Shown here: positions 48,731 through 59,145 of the stretch, one piece after another | Layout of the letters: each line of letters opens with the position of its first letter | Numbering within the stretch: the first letter of the stretch is position 1 | Assembly (NCBI GenBank): GCA_963676795.2 | Contig: CAXXTB010000002.1 | Span: 32,001 to 96,000 of the forward strand | Direction: 5' to 3' | DNA: 64,000 bases | Source of the DNA: Geopsychrobacteraceae bacterium | GTDB lineage: Bacteria > Desulfobacterota > Desulfuromonadia > Desulfuromonadales > Geopsychrobacteraceae | Notes under the pieces: generated by a model | What the model was told of the DNA's origin: nothing | The model's database searches: none | Seen by the model: only the letters and a program-made list of their open reading frames with translations | Position numbers and translations under genes: made by a program

Positions 48731-49975
48731 TTAGCAGGGTTTTTCGGAATTTGTATTGCCGCGCGGTTTACGCCTTGGGCGGCGGCGTTTTTTGCGTTTT
48801 GCCGGTTGGTCGTTGGCGATCAGCTCGTCCCAGGCCTGTTCCTGTTCCTGGAGCTCCGGGCGGACCATGGCCCAGAGCCTGAACAGGGCAAAGGTCTTGG
48901 CCGTGAAGGGGTGATTCAGAAAACGTCGTTCCCCCCGGTAGCCGCGTCCGCGGGCCAGGCGGAAACAGCCGATCAGCAGTTCACGGGCCTCATGGCGGAT
49001 GCCGCTGGCAATGCTGAAATAGCGGCAATGAGGGATGATGATCTCGTTGGCGATATGCAGTGCATCGGCGATATGGGTTTCTGCCGTTGGCGGGCAGCGA
49101 TCCATGAACAGGCGCAGATAGAGTGCCGCAATGGCAAAACTCTCTTCAACTGTAGCACCGCGGGCCGTGCGGTTGTCCACCTCCTTGAGCAGGGCGATGC
49201 TTTCATCGTGGCCGGGGTAGCCTGCCAGCAGATGCGGCAGCATGCCGAGCTCACGGCACTGCTTTAAGACCGGGCCGGCGATCTTGTGGCGGAACAGCTC
49301 CATGATCTCTTCACGAATCCGGGCCGGAGCCGCTGTCTCGAGCAGTTGCTTGTGTTTTTCGACAGCTGCGAAAATCGACTCTTCCATGGTGAAGTCAAGC
49401 CGCGCCGAAAATTCGATCGCCCTGAGCATGCGCACCGGATCCTCGACGAAACGGACCATGGGGTCGCCGATGACGCGCAGACGTTTTTCTTCGAGATCTT
49501 TCAGGCCGCCGACATAGTCGATAATCGAGAAGTCGTCGATATTGTAGAACAGGGCATTGATGGTAAAGTCGCGGCGATAGGCATCTTCACAGGGGGTGCC
49601 GAAAACATTCTGGACAAAATGAAAGTGCTCGTCGGGATCGTCCGGCAGTTCTTCTTCGCGCGGGTGGCGGCGGAAGGTTGCCACTTCGATGATCTTGTTT
49701 CCGGCAAAACGGATGTGGGCCAGGCGGAAGCGGCGACCGATGAGAAAGCCGTTACGGAACAGGTTGCGAACCTGTTCAGGGGTGGCATCTGTGCCGATGT
49801 CGAAGTCCTTGGGACGCCGGCCGAGGAGTAGATCGCGGACACCGCCGCCGACCAGATAGGCCTTGTAGCCATGCCGGTTCAGGCGATAGAGGACCTTGAG
49901 GGTATCGTCGTCGATCTGCTTGCGTGAAATCGGGTGGCTATCACGCGCTATGATTGTTGGTTGAGCTTCGTCCAT
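48731..49975 (-). CDS. pcnB: Poly(A) polymerase I
   Basis: VGGGVRD, KDFD, PAP-specific LIGRRFRLAH, RRDFTINA, EDPVRMLR. Confidence 0.9.
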   Translation of the reverse strand: MDEAQPTIIARDSHPISRKQIDDDTLKVLYRLNRHGYKAYLVGGGVRDLLLGRRPKDFDIGTDATPEQVRNLFRNGFLIGRRFRLAHIRFAGNKIIEVATFRRHPREEELPDDPDEHFHFVQNVFGTPCEDAYRRDFTINALFYNIDDFSIIDYVGGLKDLEEKRLRVIGDPMVRFVEDPVRMLRAIEFSARLDFTMEESIFAAVEKHKQLLETAAPARIREEIMELFRHKIAGPVLKQCRELGMLPHLLAGYPGHDESIALLKEVDNRTARGATVEESFAIAALYLRLFMDRCPPTAETHIADALHIANEIIIPHCRYFSIASGIRHEARELLIGCFRLARGRGYRGERRFLNHPFTAKTFALFRLWAMVRPELQEQEQAWDELIANDQPAKRKKRRRPRRKPRGNTNSEKPC

Positions 49976-50110
49976 GGCTTTGGCTTTCTCTCGTAGTCAG
50001 CTGTAAAACAGCCGGACTATAGCAAATCAGCGCCGTTTGAAAAAGGATTTGCATAGGCAGCAGGAGCTTTTTTCGCTATTCTTTCCCCTTTGATTCTTTC
50101 GGGGAAGGTG

Positions 50111-51037
50111 ATGGCGGCGAAAACGGACAGGCTGAAACTGATGGCAATTCTTGGCGCGACGGCGGGAGGCAAGACCAGCCTTGCCGTTGCCGCGGCGCGC
50201 CTGTATGACGGTGAAATTATCTCCGCCGATTCCCGGCAGGTCTATCGCAGCATGGATCTGGGAACCGGCAAGGACCTGCACGAATACGGTGATGTGCCCT
50301 ACCATCTGATCGATATCATCGAAGCTGGCGGCGAATATAATCTCTACCGTTTCCAGCAGGACGCTTACGCTGCCGCGAAGGATATCCAGCAGCGCGGCCA
50401 TCTGCCGATCATCTGTGGCGGCACCGGGATGTATCTCGATGCCGTGCTGCGCGGTTATCGCCTGGTCGAAGTGCCTGAGGATCCCCTGCTGCGGGCTGAG
50501 CTGGCCGGACAGAGCGATGAGCAACTGCGCGAGCGCCTGCTCGGACTGAAGCCTCAGCAGCACAATCAGACCGACCTGCTCGACAGGGAGCGGTTGGTGC
50601 GGGCGCTTGAAATTGCGCTGGGTGAGCAGCGGTCCGACCGGGTGCTGCCTTCCCTTCCCGAACTTGATGCGCTGGTCTTTGGTCTGCGCTGGGAGCGTCC
50701 GCTGTTGCGCCAGCGGATCGCCCGGCGGCTGGACGAACGTCTGGAGGCCGGCATGATCGAGGAGGTCGCGCAGTTGCACAGATCCGGAGTGACCTGGGAG
50801 CAGCTCGAGTTCTACGGGCTCGAGTACCGGCTGATTGCCCGGCATCTGCAGGGGCAGCTCAGTCGCAACGAGATGGTTCAGAAGCTGTGCAGCGCGATCG
50901 GCAATTTTGTCAAACGCCAGGAGACCTTCTTTCGTAAGATGGAGAAACGCGGGGTGATCATTCATTGGCTCGAGGGGGCGGGTGACCCTCTGGCCGACTT
51001 GCGCCGGATCGCCGATCGCTGGCTGCACAATGGATGA
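50111..51037 (+). CDS. miaA: tRNA dimethylallyltransferase
   Basis: GATAGGKT, ISADSRQVY..MDLGTGK, GGTGMY, KRQ.T.FR. Confidence 0.92.
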   Translation: MAAKTDRLKLMAILGATAGGKTSLAVAAARLYDGEIISADSRQVYRSMDLGTGKDLHEYGDVPYHLIDIIEAGGEYNLYRFQQDAYAAAKDIQQRGHLPIICGGTGMYLDAVLRGYRLVEVPEDPLLRAELAGQSDEQLRERLLGLKPQQHNQTDLLDRERLVRALEIALGEQRSDRVLPSLPELDALVFGLRWERPLLRQRIARRLDERLEAGMIEEVAQLHRSGVTWEQLEFYGLEYRLIARHLQGQLSRNEMVQKLCSAIGNFVKRQETFFRKMEKRGVIIHWLEGAGDPLADLRRIADRWLHNG

Positions 51038-52286
51038 GCGTGCCCTGAAGAAATACACTGCGAGCAGGGCGGTGCCGGGGAGGTGGTCACTTGAAGGGGA
51101 TTTTGACGGGTATTACACCTCTGTTGTTGTCATCCCGGCATTGGCTGAATTCGTATCGCTAAAAAATTGCCTTGAAAGCCTGACCCTCTCAAGGGCCTAT
51201 AGAGACGAACGTTTTCTGGTTGTCGTTGTTGTCAATAACCGGCGATCGGCAACCGCCTGTCAGCTTGAGGATAACCGCCGGACTCTCGACTGGCTGCGAC
51301 GTCGGAACCCTCCCGGTTTGGCGCTCGCCTGGGTCGATGCCAGCTCTGCCGGACGCGAGATTGGTGACGGCGAAGGGGTCGGGCTGGCGCGCAAGATCGG
51401 TTTTGACCTGGCTCTTTCCCTTCTCGACTGGAGGCGGGACCCGCTCTTTCTCTCTCTCGATGCCGATACCCTGGTCGATAGCCGTTACTTCACAGCGCTG
51501 CGCGGGCACTTTTGCCATTCCGGACAGGGCGCGGCAGTCATCCCCTTTCGTCACCAGCCTGGCGAAACACCGCAGCAGGAAGCGGCAATCCGCCATTATG
51601 AGTTATATCTGCGCAGTTATCTGTTCGGCCTCGCTCAGGCCGGCTCGCCCTACGCCTATCACGCACTCGGCAGTGCATTCGCCTGCCGGGCCGGGGACTA
51701 TGTCAGGGCCGGGGGGATGAACCGCCGCCAGGCCGGTGAGGATTTTTACTTTCTCCAGCAGCTGGCCAAAACGGTAGGGGTTGAGATGCTGGACGGTACT
51801 GTCGTAGCACCGTCCCCCCGCTTTTCCTCGCGGGTTCCCTTTGGCACGGGGCAGGCGACCCTGGCCCGGACTGAAAACAGGGCTCCCTATCGTTTTCTTT
51901 CGGCTGTAGGGTTTTCCTGTCTGAAGGCTCTGTTGCGGTGCGTCGCTGTCAACTGCAACTCATCGCGATTGCTGATGGATATCAACGCTGAGGATAAGGC
52001 TGTCGCCGCTTATCTGGTCGGGCTTGGGTTTGAATCTGCCTGGCAACGCATCTGTCAGAATCATCTGAGAACGGAGCAGCGAAGTCGTGCCTTCCATCAG
52101 TGGTTTGATGCACTGAAGACCCGCCAGTTTCTATCCCGGTTTGATCCGGAGCGCGCCGATGAGGTTGCGCTTGTCGCTGAACTGCTCAAGTGGGGTGGAT
52201 ATTCCGGCTATGACGAGTTTGACAGGCAACTAGGTCTGCTGGAAGAGATGCAGCATTGTGGAAGAGGGCGAGCTAGCTGGGACTGA
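51030..52286 (+). CDS. GT-A fold (family 2-like) glycosyltransferase
   Basis: VVIPA..E, GVGLARKIG.D, LDADT, GEDFYFLQ, RVPFGTG. Confidence 0.65.
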   Translation: MDERALKKYTASRAVPGRWSLEGDFDGYYTSVVVIPALAEFVSLKNCLESLTLSRAYRDERFLVVVVVNNRRSATACQLEDNRRTLDWLRRRNPPGLALAWVDASSAGREIGDGEGVGLARKIGFDLALSLLDWRRDPLFLSLDADTLVDSRYFTALRGHFCHSGQGAAVIPFRHQPGETPQQEAAIRHYELYLRSYLFGLAQAGSPYAYHALGSAFACRAGDYVRAGGMNRRQAGEDFYFLQQLAKTVGVEMLDGTVVAPSPRFSSRVPFGTGQATLARTENRAPYRFLSAVGFSCLKALLRCVAVNCNSSRLLMDINAEDKAVAAYLVGLGFESAWQRICQNHLRTEQRSRAFHQWFDALKTRQFLSRFDPERADEVALVAELLKWGGYSGYDEFDRQLGLLEEMQHCGRGRASWD

Positions 52287-52342
52287 TGACTGAAACGCTG
52301 ACTATGGGGAGGCTCTTCAATATCGTTTCTCTCGGATAAAAG

Positions 52343-52371
52343 AAAAGGTCGCCAAATGTTGGCGACCTTTT
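52343..52371. terminator. Bidirectional intrinsic terminator between convergent genes
   Basis: AAAAGGTCGCCAA-ATG-TTGGCGACCTTTT, a perfect stem with A and T tails. Confidence 0.85.
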
Positions 52372-52396
52372 GTGACTCAAGTCAACTGGCTCCGGA

Positions 52397-54715
52397 TCAG
52401 ACCACCTGTTCCATGCCCCAGATCCCGCACGGACAGAGTCCGGCGCAGATGCCGCAGCCGATACAGTACTCTGCATCGGAAACGTATTCGAAGCCACCAT
52501 CCTCTTTCTGGACGCGGCGGATGGCGCCTTCCGGGCAGGCCTCCAGGCACATCTCACAGTCTCGGCAGGTACCGCAGGAGAGACAGCGGTTGGTCTCCTG
52601 GTTGGCGTCGGCCTTGAAACGTCCACGGTTCTGTGGCCTGAACAGCTCTTTGCTCAGGCATTCCTGGGAGATCATCGGCGGCTTGACCTTGGCGACCGGC
52701 GCGTTGCCGGCCAGGTAGCTGTCGATATACTGTGCCGCTTCCCGGCCGTGACCGATGGCGTGAGTGAGCAGACCCGGTTTGATGGTGTCGCCGATGGCAA
52801 ACACGCCGGGCGCCTTGACCAGCTGACCGCAGGCGTCGACCATAGCCATGCCGCGGTCGTCGAGCCACTCACGTGGAATGTAGCTCAAGTCCGGACGCTC
52901 GCCGATGGCGATGATGATGGTGTCGGCCCCGATCAGGCGGCCATCCTTGGTATGCAACCCCTTTTCGTCGACCCTGTCGGTGAACACCGGCCATTCGATG
53001 CTGCCGCCGAGCTTTTCGAAATGATCGATCTCTTTCCTGAAGGCGGCAGGACGCTGAATATCGACAGCCGTGACCTTTTTCGCTCCCATGGCGTAGGCGC
53101 CGAGGCAGACGTCCATCCCGGCATTGCCGGCACCGATGACCACGACCTTCTCGCCGACCGTCGGGTTTTTACCGTTGTTGACGTCTTTCAGGAATTCAAG
53201 TCCTTTGACCAGCCGCTCATGCCCGGGGAAGGGGATGACAACCGGATTGTGGGCACCGGAAGCGATGACAATGGCATCGTAGTCATTTTGCAAAGATGCA
53301 AACATGTCACTATTGATCGCTTCATTTGTCTTGATTTCGACCCCCATATCCTTGACACGCTGGATCTCGGCCGAGAGGGTGTCGGCCGGCAGGCGGTCGG
53401 TCGGAATGACCTGGCGCAGCTTGCCGCCGACTTCCTTGTCCGCTTCGAAGACGGTAGCCGCATGGCCGAGCAGGCGCAGCTGCCAGGCTGCTGAGAGGCC
53501 ACCCGGCCCGCCGCCGATCACCGCGACCTTCTTGCCGCTGTCTGTTTTTGGCTGTGGAGAGCTGGCTTCAAGGGACAGCTTGCCGAGCTCAGGCATGGCC
53601 ACCGAATGATCGATGAACTGGCGGGTACAGGAATCCATGCAGGGGTTCGGGCAGACCTCGCCGCAGACACTGCCCGGGAACGGGGAGTAGTTGAGGACCA
53701 GTTCAATAGCTTTTTTGTACTCACCTTTTCTCAGCAGGTTGATCCGGTCCTGGGTCGGAATCGACGACGGACAGGATGCCTCGCAGGGGGCACAGAAGGC
53801 CTTGTTGCGCCAGTGCGGAATCTTCAGGCGGTTGTCACCGGTATTGACCAGTCCGGCGGTGAAGTCGTAGTCGTCTTTGATCAGGTCGCCGAAGATGCCG
53901 CCGTCTCCAACCCACTTGTTCAGGCGGAACTCACGCATGCTGATCCGGGTCGATTTGCTCAGCTGGCGTTCTTCGTAGGTCTTGGCCGTAATTTTTTTCC
54001 ACCGGCTGAAGTCGCTCAGGGTGTCCAGGTGTTGGCTCCTGTCGACCTTGGCGAGGAATTCCGGAAGCCCGGCTTTCAGATAGGCGATATCGGCCTCGTC
54101 CAGATCGAGCAGCAGGACTTCGCCCGGCAGGTTTCTGACGGCACCACGGACATAGATGGTGCCGCCGACCATGCCCATGCAGCTGCGGTCGCCGAGGATC
54201 GACTCCAGTTCTTCGCAGCCTATGCCGCAGATGACCGCAGTACCACCGCCCATGAACTCGAAGGAGAAGGAGCCGGTGTTTTTCAGGACCCAGAGTTCCG
54301 GTGCAGAAAAAGCCGGATCGTGTTTCATCAGCGAACCGGAGCGGGTGCCGATGCGGCCGGCGACGTAGATCTTGCCGCTGGCTGCGCAGTGGGCTGTGGT
54401 GTCACCGCTGTCCCCCTTGATGATCAGTTCGGCGCCGGCGTTGAGCCAGCCGGCGTCAGCCGGAGCCGGGCCGTCGACAATGATCTGGGTCCCTTCGAGA
54501 CCGAAGGAGCCGACCCGCTGCCCCGGGTTTTTGACCCGGAATTTGAGCGGCTGGCCGTCTTCGCGCCAGAGCGGGCCACCGATATCGTGATGGCCGGAGG
54601 AGAGCACTTCGAATTCGTTCTCTCCCTGTTCCAGGGCGCAATAGATCTGCATCAGCAGATCCTGAGTCGAGATCCGCTGGTTATTTTCATCAAAGCCTTG
54701 AATTTGAGCTGCCAT
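52397..54715 (-). CDS. Glutamate synthase GXGXG domain fused to a GltD-like FAD/Fe-S oxidoreductase with a C-terminal ferredoxin
   Basis: FEFMGGG GXGXG repeats; APCEASCP, CGEVCPNPC, IGGGPGG, GAGNAGMD; two CxxCxxCxxxCP motifs. Confidence 0.85.
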   Translation of the reverse strand: MAAQIQGFDENNQRISTQDLLMQIYCALEQGENEFEVLSSGHHDIGGPLWREDGQPLKFRVKNPGQRVGSFGLEGTQIIVDGPAPADAGWLNAGAELIIKGDSGDTTAHCAASGKIYVAGRIGTRSGSLMKHDPAFSAPELWVLKNTGSFSFEFMGGGTAVICGIGCEELESILGDRSCMGMVGGTIYVRGAVRNLPGEVLLLDLDEADIAYLKAGLPEFLAKVDRSQHLDTLSDFSRWKKITAKTYEERQLSKSTRISMREFRLNKWVGDGGIFGDLIKDDYDFTAGLVNTGDNRLKIPHWRNKAFCAPCEASCPSSIPTQDRINLLRKGEYKKAIELVLNYSPFPGSVCGEVCPNPCMDSCTRQFIDHSVAMPELGKLSLEASSPQPKTDSGKKVAVIGGGPGGLSAAWQLRLLGHAATVFEADKEVGGKLRQVIPTDRLPADTLSAEIQRVKDMGVEIKTNEAINSDMFASLQNDYDAIVIASGAHNPVVIPFPGHERLVKGLEFLKDVNNGKNPTVGEKVVVIGAGNAGMDVCLGAYAMGAKKVTAVDIQRPAAFRKEIDHFEKLGGSIEWPVFTDRVDEKGLHTKDGRLIGADTIIIAIGERPDLSYIPREWLDDRGMAMVDACGQLVKAPGVFAIGDTIKPGLLTHAIGHGREAAQYIDSYLAGNAPVAKVKPPMISQECLSKELFRPQNRGRFKADANQETNRCLSCGTCRDCEMCLEACPEGAIRRVQKEDGGFEYVSDAEYCIGCGICAGLCPCGIWGMEQVV

Positions 54716-54727
54716 GTTCAGGCCTCC

Positions 54728-56371
54728 TTAACATACATGTTGAATCTGCAGACGGTCGGCAACAGCTTTGTCCATCGAGACCAAAGCGTCGGCGCGGCCG
54801 ATTGGCAGAGAAGAGTTGCCGATCGGAGCCATCAGTTTCTTGAGCTCCGTATCCATCGCCAGGAAGTAGTTGACGATGTTCTGGGCGACCTTGTCTGGGT
54901 CGAGGCGCTGGGCCAGCTGGGGAACCTGGGTGGTGATCCCCGCCGGGCAGAGGCCGGTGTTGCAGGCGTTGCAGCGGCCCAGATCGTTGCCGATACAGCC
55001 AGCCATCTGCAGGATCAGTTTGCCGGTAAAGACGCCGTTGGCACCGAGGCACATCATCTTGAAGGCATCGGCGGCGAGATCGCCGGTTTTGCCCAGGCCA
55101 CCTGCGGCCCAGAGCGGAATCTGGCCCTGGCGGCCCTGTTTGACGGCTGCCAGGTAGCAGTCGCGCAGCTTGCTGACAATAGGATGGCCGGTATGGTCGA
55201 GGCTGACCTCATGGGCTGCGCCGGTGCCGCCGTCGATGCCGTCGAGGAAGAAGCCGCCGACGATATTGTACGGGTCGCGGACCAGGTTGTTGAAGACGCT
55301 GACGCTGGTCGCTGAAGCGGCAACCTTGATGGCGACCGGGACGCGGAACTTGAAGGCCGCATTGAACGACAGGAACATCTTCTGCACGCTCTCCTCGATG
55401 GAGTAGAGCCCCTGGTGGTTCGGCGGGCTGAGCAGGTCCGCTTTCGGAACGCCGCGGATCGCCTGGATATGTTCAGCCACCTTGGCTGCCATCAGCAGAC
55501 CGCCGTCGCCCGGCTTGGCGCCCTGGCCGATCTTGATCAGCACGCCGGCCGGGTCTTCGGTCATCTCCGGCATGGCGTTGACGATGCGGTTCCAGCCGAA
55601 GTGGCCGGACGCGATCTGCAGGATCATATACTTGAGATATTTGGAGGTCAGCAGGCGTTTGGGGACGCCGCCTTCGCCGGAGCACATACGAACCGGCAGG
55701 CCGCATTCCTCGTTCAGGTAGGCGACCGCCATGGCGACCCCTTCCCACATCCGCCAGGAGAGGGCGCCGATCGACATGTCGCCGATGATGACCGGGTAGA
55801 TCCAGTTGACTGGTGGCATGTTGGCGTTACTGTTCAGTTGGCCGTTCTGGGCTTTGCTGAAAGACAGCCCTTTTGGCGGCAGAATCCGGCCGAAGGGCGC
55901 CAGCAGGTCGAAGGTATGACGCTGGGCATCGAGGCTCGGGTCGGTCATCTGTGAGATACGGCCAACGCGGATCGCGTCGAGGGTGCGGCTGGTGTTTTCG
56001 AGATTCTTGCGCCCACCACGTTTGATCGAATCGCCAGCCAGACAGCGTGTCACGATAGGATGCCTGGTGTCAGGGTTGCGAACTGGCTTTATTGCGTCGT
56101 TCGGGCAGACCTTTTCGCACATGCCGCAGCCACGGCAGTAGTCGCGGATCGAATTGACCTGACGGATGACCGGCACCGCCGAAAAGCGGCTCTTCGGTTC
56201 CGGGATGTCCCCTTCGGAGAAGACCATGCGCCGCCGCTCGACCTTGACCTTGATCGCTTTGAAGGAGCAGGCCGCGACACAGGAACCGCACATAGTGCAG
56301 CGGCTTGCGTTATAGTCGATCTTCCAGGGCAGATCGTTTACGGTTACATCATTGAGTTTTACTGTTTCCAT
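54728..56371 (-). CDS. Glutamate synthase FMN-binding subunit with an N-terminal ferredoxin (split type)
   Basis: MSIGALS, SGEGG, QIASGHFG, KIGQGAKPGDGG.L, GGTGAA, CNTGLCPAGITTQ. Confidence 0.9.
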   Translation of the reverse strand: METVKLNDVTVNDLPWKIDYNASRCTMCGSCVAACSFKAIKVKVERRRMVFSEGDIPEPKSRFSAVPVIRQVNSIRDYCRGCGMCEKVCPNDAIKPVRNPDTRHPIVTRCLAGDSIKRGGRKNLENTSRTLDAIRVGRISQMTDPSLDAQRHTFDLLAPFGRILPPKGLSFSKAQNGQLNSNANMPPVNWIYPVIIGDMSIGALSWRMWEGVAMAVAYLNEECGLPVRMCSGEGGVPKRLLTSKYLKYMILQIASGHFGWNRIVNAMPEMTEDPAGVLIKIGQGAKPGDGGLLMAAKVAEHIQAIRGVPKADLLSPPNHQGLYSIEESVQKMFLSFNAAFKFRVPVAIKVAASATSVSVFNNLVRDPYNIVGGFFLDGIDGGTGAAHEVSLDHTGHPIVSKLRDCYLAAVKQGRQGQIPLWAAGGLGKTGDLAADAFKMMCLGANGVFTGKLILQMAGCIGNDLGRCNACNTGLCPAGITTQVPQLAQRLDPDKVAQNIVNYFLAMDTELKKLMAPIGNSSLPIGRADALVSMDKAVADRLQIQHVC

Positions 56372-57465
56372 CTTAATACCTCCAGCTCGTCGGTGATGAC
56401 GACTGTTTCCCGCTCGTGTGGGTAGATATCCTGTTCCCAGTCACGATTGGGCAGAACTTCGTTAATGCCGCAGACTTCCGAGGTGATAGCGACGGTCTCG
56501 GCGTCACGGCCGATAACGACCGGGCGCAGCTTCTTGGCGTCGCAGCAGGTGAACAGGGTGTTGTCCGGAAGCATGCCGATGATGGTGTTCGGGCCGTTGA
56601 TCTCCAGGTGGGCGAGCGACTGGCGGATCGCCAGCAGTTGTTCCCTGTTGTCGCGTTTCTCGACCTCTTCGAAAGGCAGCGGGGTGACGACCTGTTTGTA
56701 GTACTGTAGCGGCCAGCCCAGTTCGCGGTGTACGTAGTGCAGCGTATAGAGGAAGCACTGGGAGTCCGATTCGAAGCCGATATAGCCACGATGCAGTTTC
56801 TGCTGGAACTCCTTGTTCTTCATGTAGAAGGTGTTCTCGCCGTTGGCCAGTGCGGTGTAACCCTGCAGGTGGAACGGGTGGGCCGCATAGCGAACGATGT
56901 CGTAGTTGGTGTTCTGGCGGCACTGTGCGGTAATCACCTTGGCGGTGAAGCGCTCGTCCTCTTTCCACAGGTTGAAGTAGGTGCCGATGTCGCGCGGATC
57001 GCCGATCTCCTTGAGGGTGATGACGTCGGGCCAGAATGAGTAGGCGAACCCTTCTTCGTTCTCTTCCAGGGCTGCACGCAGCTTCAGGCGGGTGTCAAGC
57101 AGCAGCTCCTCTTTGTCTTTCTGAGCTGCATTATCATACGCGGCTGGGTATGAGAAGGTTTCGAAGACGTAGTTCGGCATCGCATTGATGTCGAGACCCG
57201 GCTGCGGGTTGACCTCCGGGGACCATTGCATGACGCGATGAAAACCGATCTCATGCAGGATGTTCTCGGCGATCTTGATCCCCTTGTCGGTACAGGCCAT
57301 CGACAGGGTCGGCAGATGTTTATAGGGCTCGAAGATCCCGCCGAGGTTTTGCATAACCATGGCGAACCCAGAGTTGTCATGCCCTTTCTGTTGCGACTGC
57401 ATCAGGGTGAGCGCTTTGCTCGGATGCATGTAATTCAGGCTTTTAATCGCACCGATGCGACACAT
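56359..57465 (-). CDS. Glutamate synthase class II glutamine amidotransferase subunit (split type)
   Basis: N-terminal MC, GHDNSG, RQNTN, AHPF, NGE, SDS, KLRP; first gene of the operon. Confidence 0.85.
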   Translation of the reverse strand: MCRIGAIKSLNYMHPSKALTLMQSQQKGHDNSGFAMVMQNLGGIFEPYKHLPTLSMACTDKGIKIAENILHEIGFHRVMQWSPEVNPQPGLDINAMPNYVFETFSYPAAYDNAAQKDKEELLLDTRLKLRAALEENEEGFAYSFWPDVITLKEIGDPRDIGTYFNLWKEDERFTAKVITAQCRQNTNYDIVRYAAHPFHLQGYTALANGENTFYMKNKEFQQKLHRGYIGFESDSQCFLYTLHYVHRELGWPLQYYKQVVTPLPFEEVEKRDNREQLLAIRQSLAHLEINGPNTIIGMLPDNTLFTCCDAKKLRPVVIGRDAETVAITSEVCGINEVLPNRDWEQDIYPHERETVVITDELEVLRWKQ

Positions 57466-57559
57466 AGTTCGACTCCTTGTTGCTCAAGATAATTCCGGCC
57501 AGTTGCTTCGAACCGGCGGTAATTATCGTAAATTGCAGAATTAAAGCGGAAGTGCTATG

Positions 57560-57576
57560 AGCAGGAACTGTGCCAG
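57560..57576 (-). promoter_or_regulatory. Sigma54 (-24/-12) promoter for the glutamate synthase operon
   Basis: Minus strand CTGGCACAGTTCCTGCT, with GG-N10-GC spacing, about 95 nt upstream of the start codon. Confidence 0.7.
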
Positions 57577-57744
57577 CTTTGGGGTATCAATGTGGATGGT
57601 GGTGAAAGTGGGCTTTTGCGAGGGTTGGCACCGATTGTCAAGTCGGTTCGCGATCAGCGGGTCGCTTTGTGTTGAAAAGAAATGAGTAGAATAGTGCTTA
57701 GATTGAGTATCTGTTTGGCGTAATAAAATAAACTGTGAATTTTT

Positions 57745-57851
57745 CCCTTCTCCATTTGGGAGAAGGTGCCCCGAAGGAGCGGATGAGGGGGATTTGCAGC
57801 GAGTGCCCCTCACCCGTCGCTTTGCGCCGCCCTCTCCCTGAGGGAGAGGGG
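57745..57851. repeat. REP-like double-hairpin element
   Basis: CCTTCTCC-ATTT-GGGAGAAGG...GATGAGGGG and CCCCTCACCC...CCCTCTCCCT-G-AGGGAGAGGG in inverted arrangement. Confidence 0.75.
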
Positions 57852-57899
57852 ATGATTATTTCATGTTTCAGTGTGCAGGTGTTTACTTTATTGAAATAC

Positions 57900-58964
57900 T
57901 CAGAGCAGTGTCACCCAGCTGTGCTGATCAGTGGCTTTGCCATACTGGATAGCGGTGAGCTTGTCGTAGAGTTCCAGGGTGAGTTTGCCCGGTTTGCCGT
58001 CACCTACCTGGATCTGCTGATCCTTGTAGCAGAAGGAGCCGACCGGGGAGACAACAACCGCGGTGCCGGTGCCGAAGGCCTCCTGCAGGCGACCGCTGGC
58101 GGCCCCTTCCATGACCTCGTCTACACTCAAGGCGCGTTCTTCAATTTCATAGCCCATCTCTTTGAGCAGGGTCAGTGCCGAACGGCGGGTGATGCCGTCA
58201 AGAACGGTTCCCTTGAGCGGCGAGGTGACGATCTTGCCGTCATAGAGGAAAAGCATGTTGCTGCTGCCGACCTCTTCGACATATTTTCTCTCTTTGGCAT
58301 CGAGCCAGAGCACCTGGTCAAAGCCCTTTTCGGCCGCTTCCTTGGCAGCGAGCAGGCTGGCAGCATAGTTGCCGCCGGTCTTGGCTTCGCCGGTGCCCCC
58401 TTCGGCGGCGCGGACATAGTGATCGGAAATCCAGATTTTGACTGAGTTCAGACCGCCCTTGTAGTAGGCTCCGACCGGGCAGAGGATGATATAGCAGAGA
58501 TACTTGTTGGCCGGCCGGACGCCGAGTACGGCTTCGGTGGCAATCATGGTCGGACGGATATAGAGGCTGGTGCCGGGATTTTTTGGAACCCAGTCCTGCT
58601 CCAGCTCAACCAGTTTGAGCATCGACTCAAGGAGAAACGTCTCATCCACTTCAGGCATGCACAGCCGCTTGGCGCTCAGGTTGAAACGGGCGACGTTGTC
58701 GGCAGGGCGAAACAGGGCGATCTGGCCGTCCGGACGACGGAAGGCTTTCAGTCCCTCAAAGATCTCCTGGGAATAATGCAGAACCATGGCCGCCGGATCG
58801 AGAGAGAAGGGACCATACGGCTGAATGCGGGCAGAATGCCAGCCTTTGCCGGTGTCGTACTCCATGACAAACATGCGATTGGTGAAAAGTTTGCCGAAGA
58901 CCAGTTGGTTTTCGTCAAAGTCCGCTGGTTTGGGGTTGCTCAGTGGCAAAATCTGAAGATCCAT
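57900..58964 (-). CDS. ilvE: Branched-chain amino acid aminotransferase
   Basis: LHYSQEIFEGLKA, LYIRP, AKTGGNYAASL, EEVGSSN, LDGITR, GTAVVVSPVG. Confidence 0.95.
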   Translation of the reverse strand: MDLQILPLSNPKPADFDENQLVFGKLFTNRMFVMEYDTGKGWHSARIQPYGPFSLDPAAMVLHYSQEIFEGLKAFRRPDGQIALFRPADNVARFNLSAKRLCMPEVDETFLLESMLKLVELEQDWVPKNPGTSLYIRPTMIATEAVLGVRPANKYLCYIILCPVGAYYKGGLNSVKIWISDHYVRAAEGGTGEAKTGGNYAASLLAAKEAAEKGFDQVLWLDAKERKYVEEVGSSNMLFLYDGKIVTSPLKGTVLDGITRRSALTLLKEMGYEIEERALSVDEVMEGAASGRLQEAFGTGTAVVVSPVGSFCYKDQQIQVGDGKPGKLTLELYDKLTAIQYGKATDQHSWVTLL

Positions 58965-59145
58965 GGCTGCATCACTCCTTGCTGAGATAAGGAAATCTAC
59001 TTAGCACAGCTGCTGCCGTCGCTGCAAGAATATCCTTCGCCAAATAGCGGGCTTGAAAATATGTCTCAGTTTGTAATCTTTGTTGAGCGAGCGGGCATAC
59101 TCCGCTATTCTTGATACATTCCGATCAAAAAAGGGGGCAATGATA

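Noticed and set aside
57735..58445. 236-aa plus-strand ORF
   Set aside because: It begins in the REP-like element and runs antisense to ilvE.
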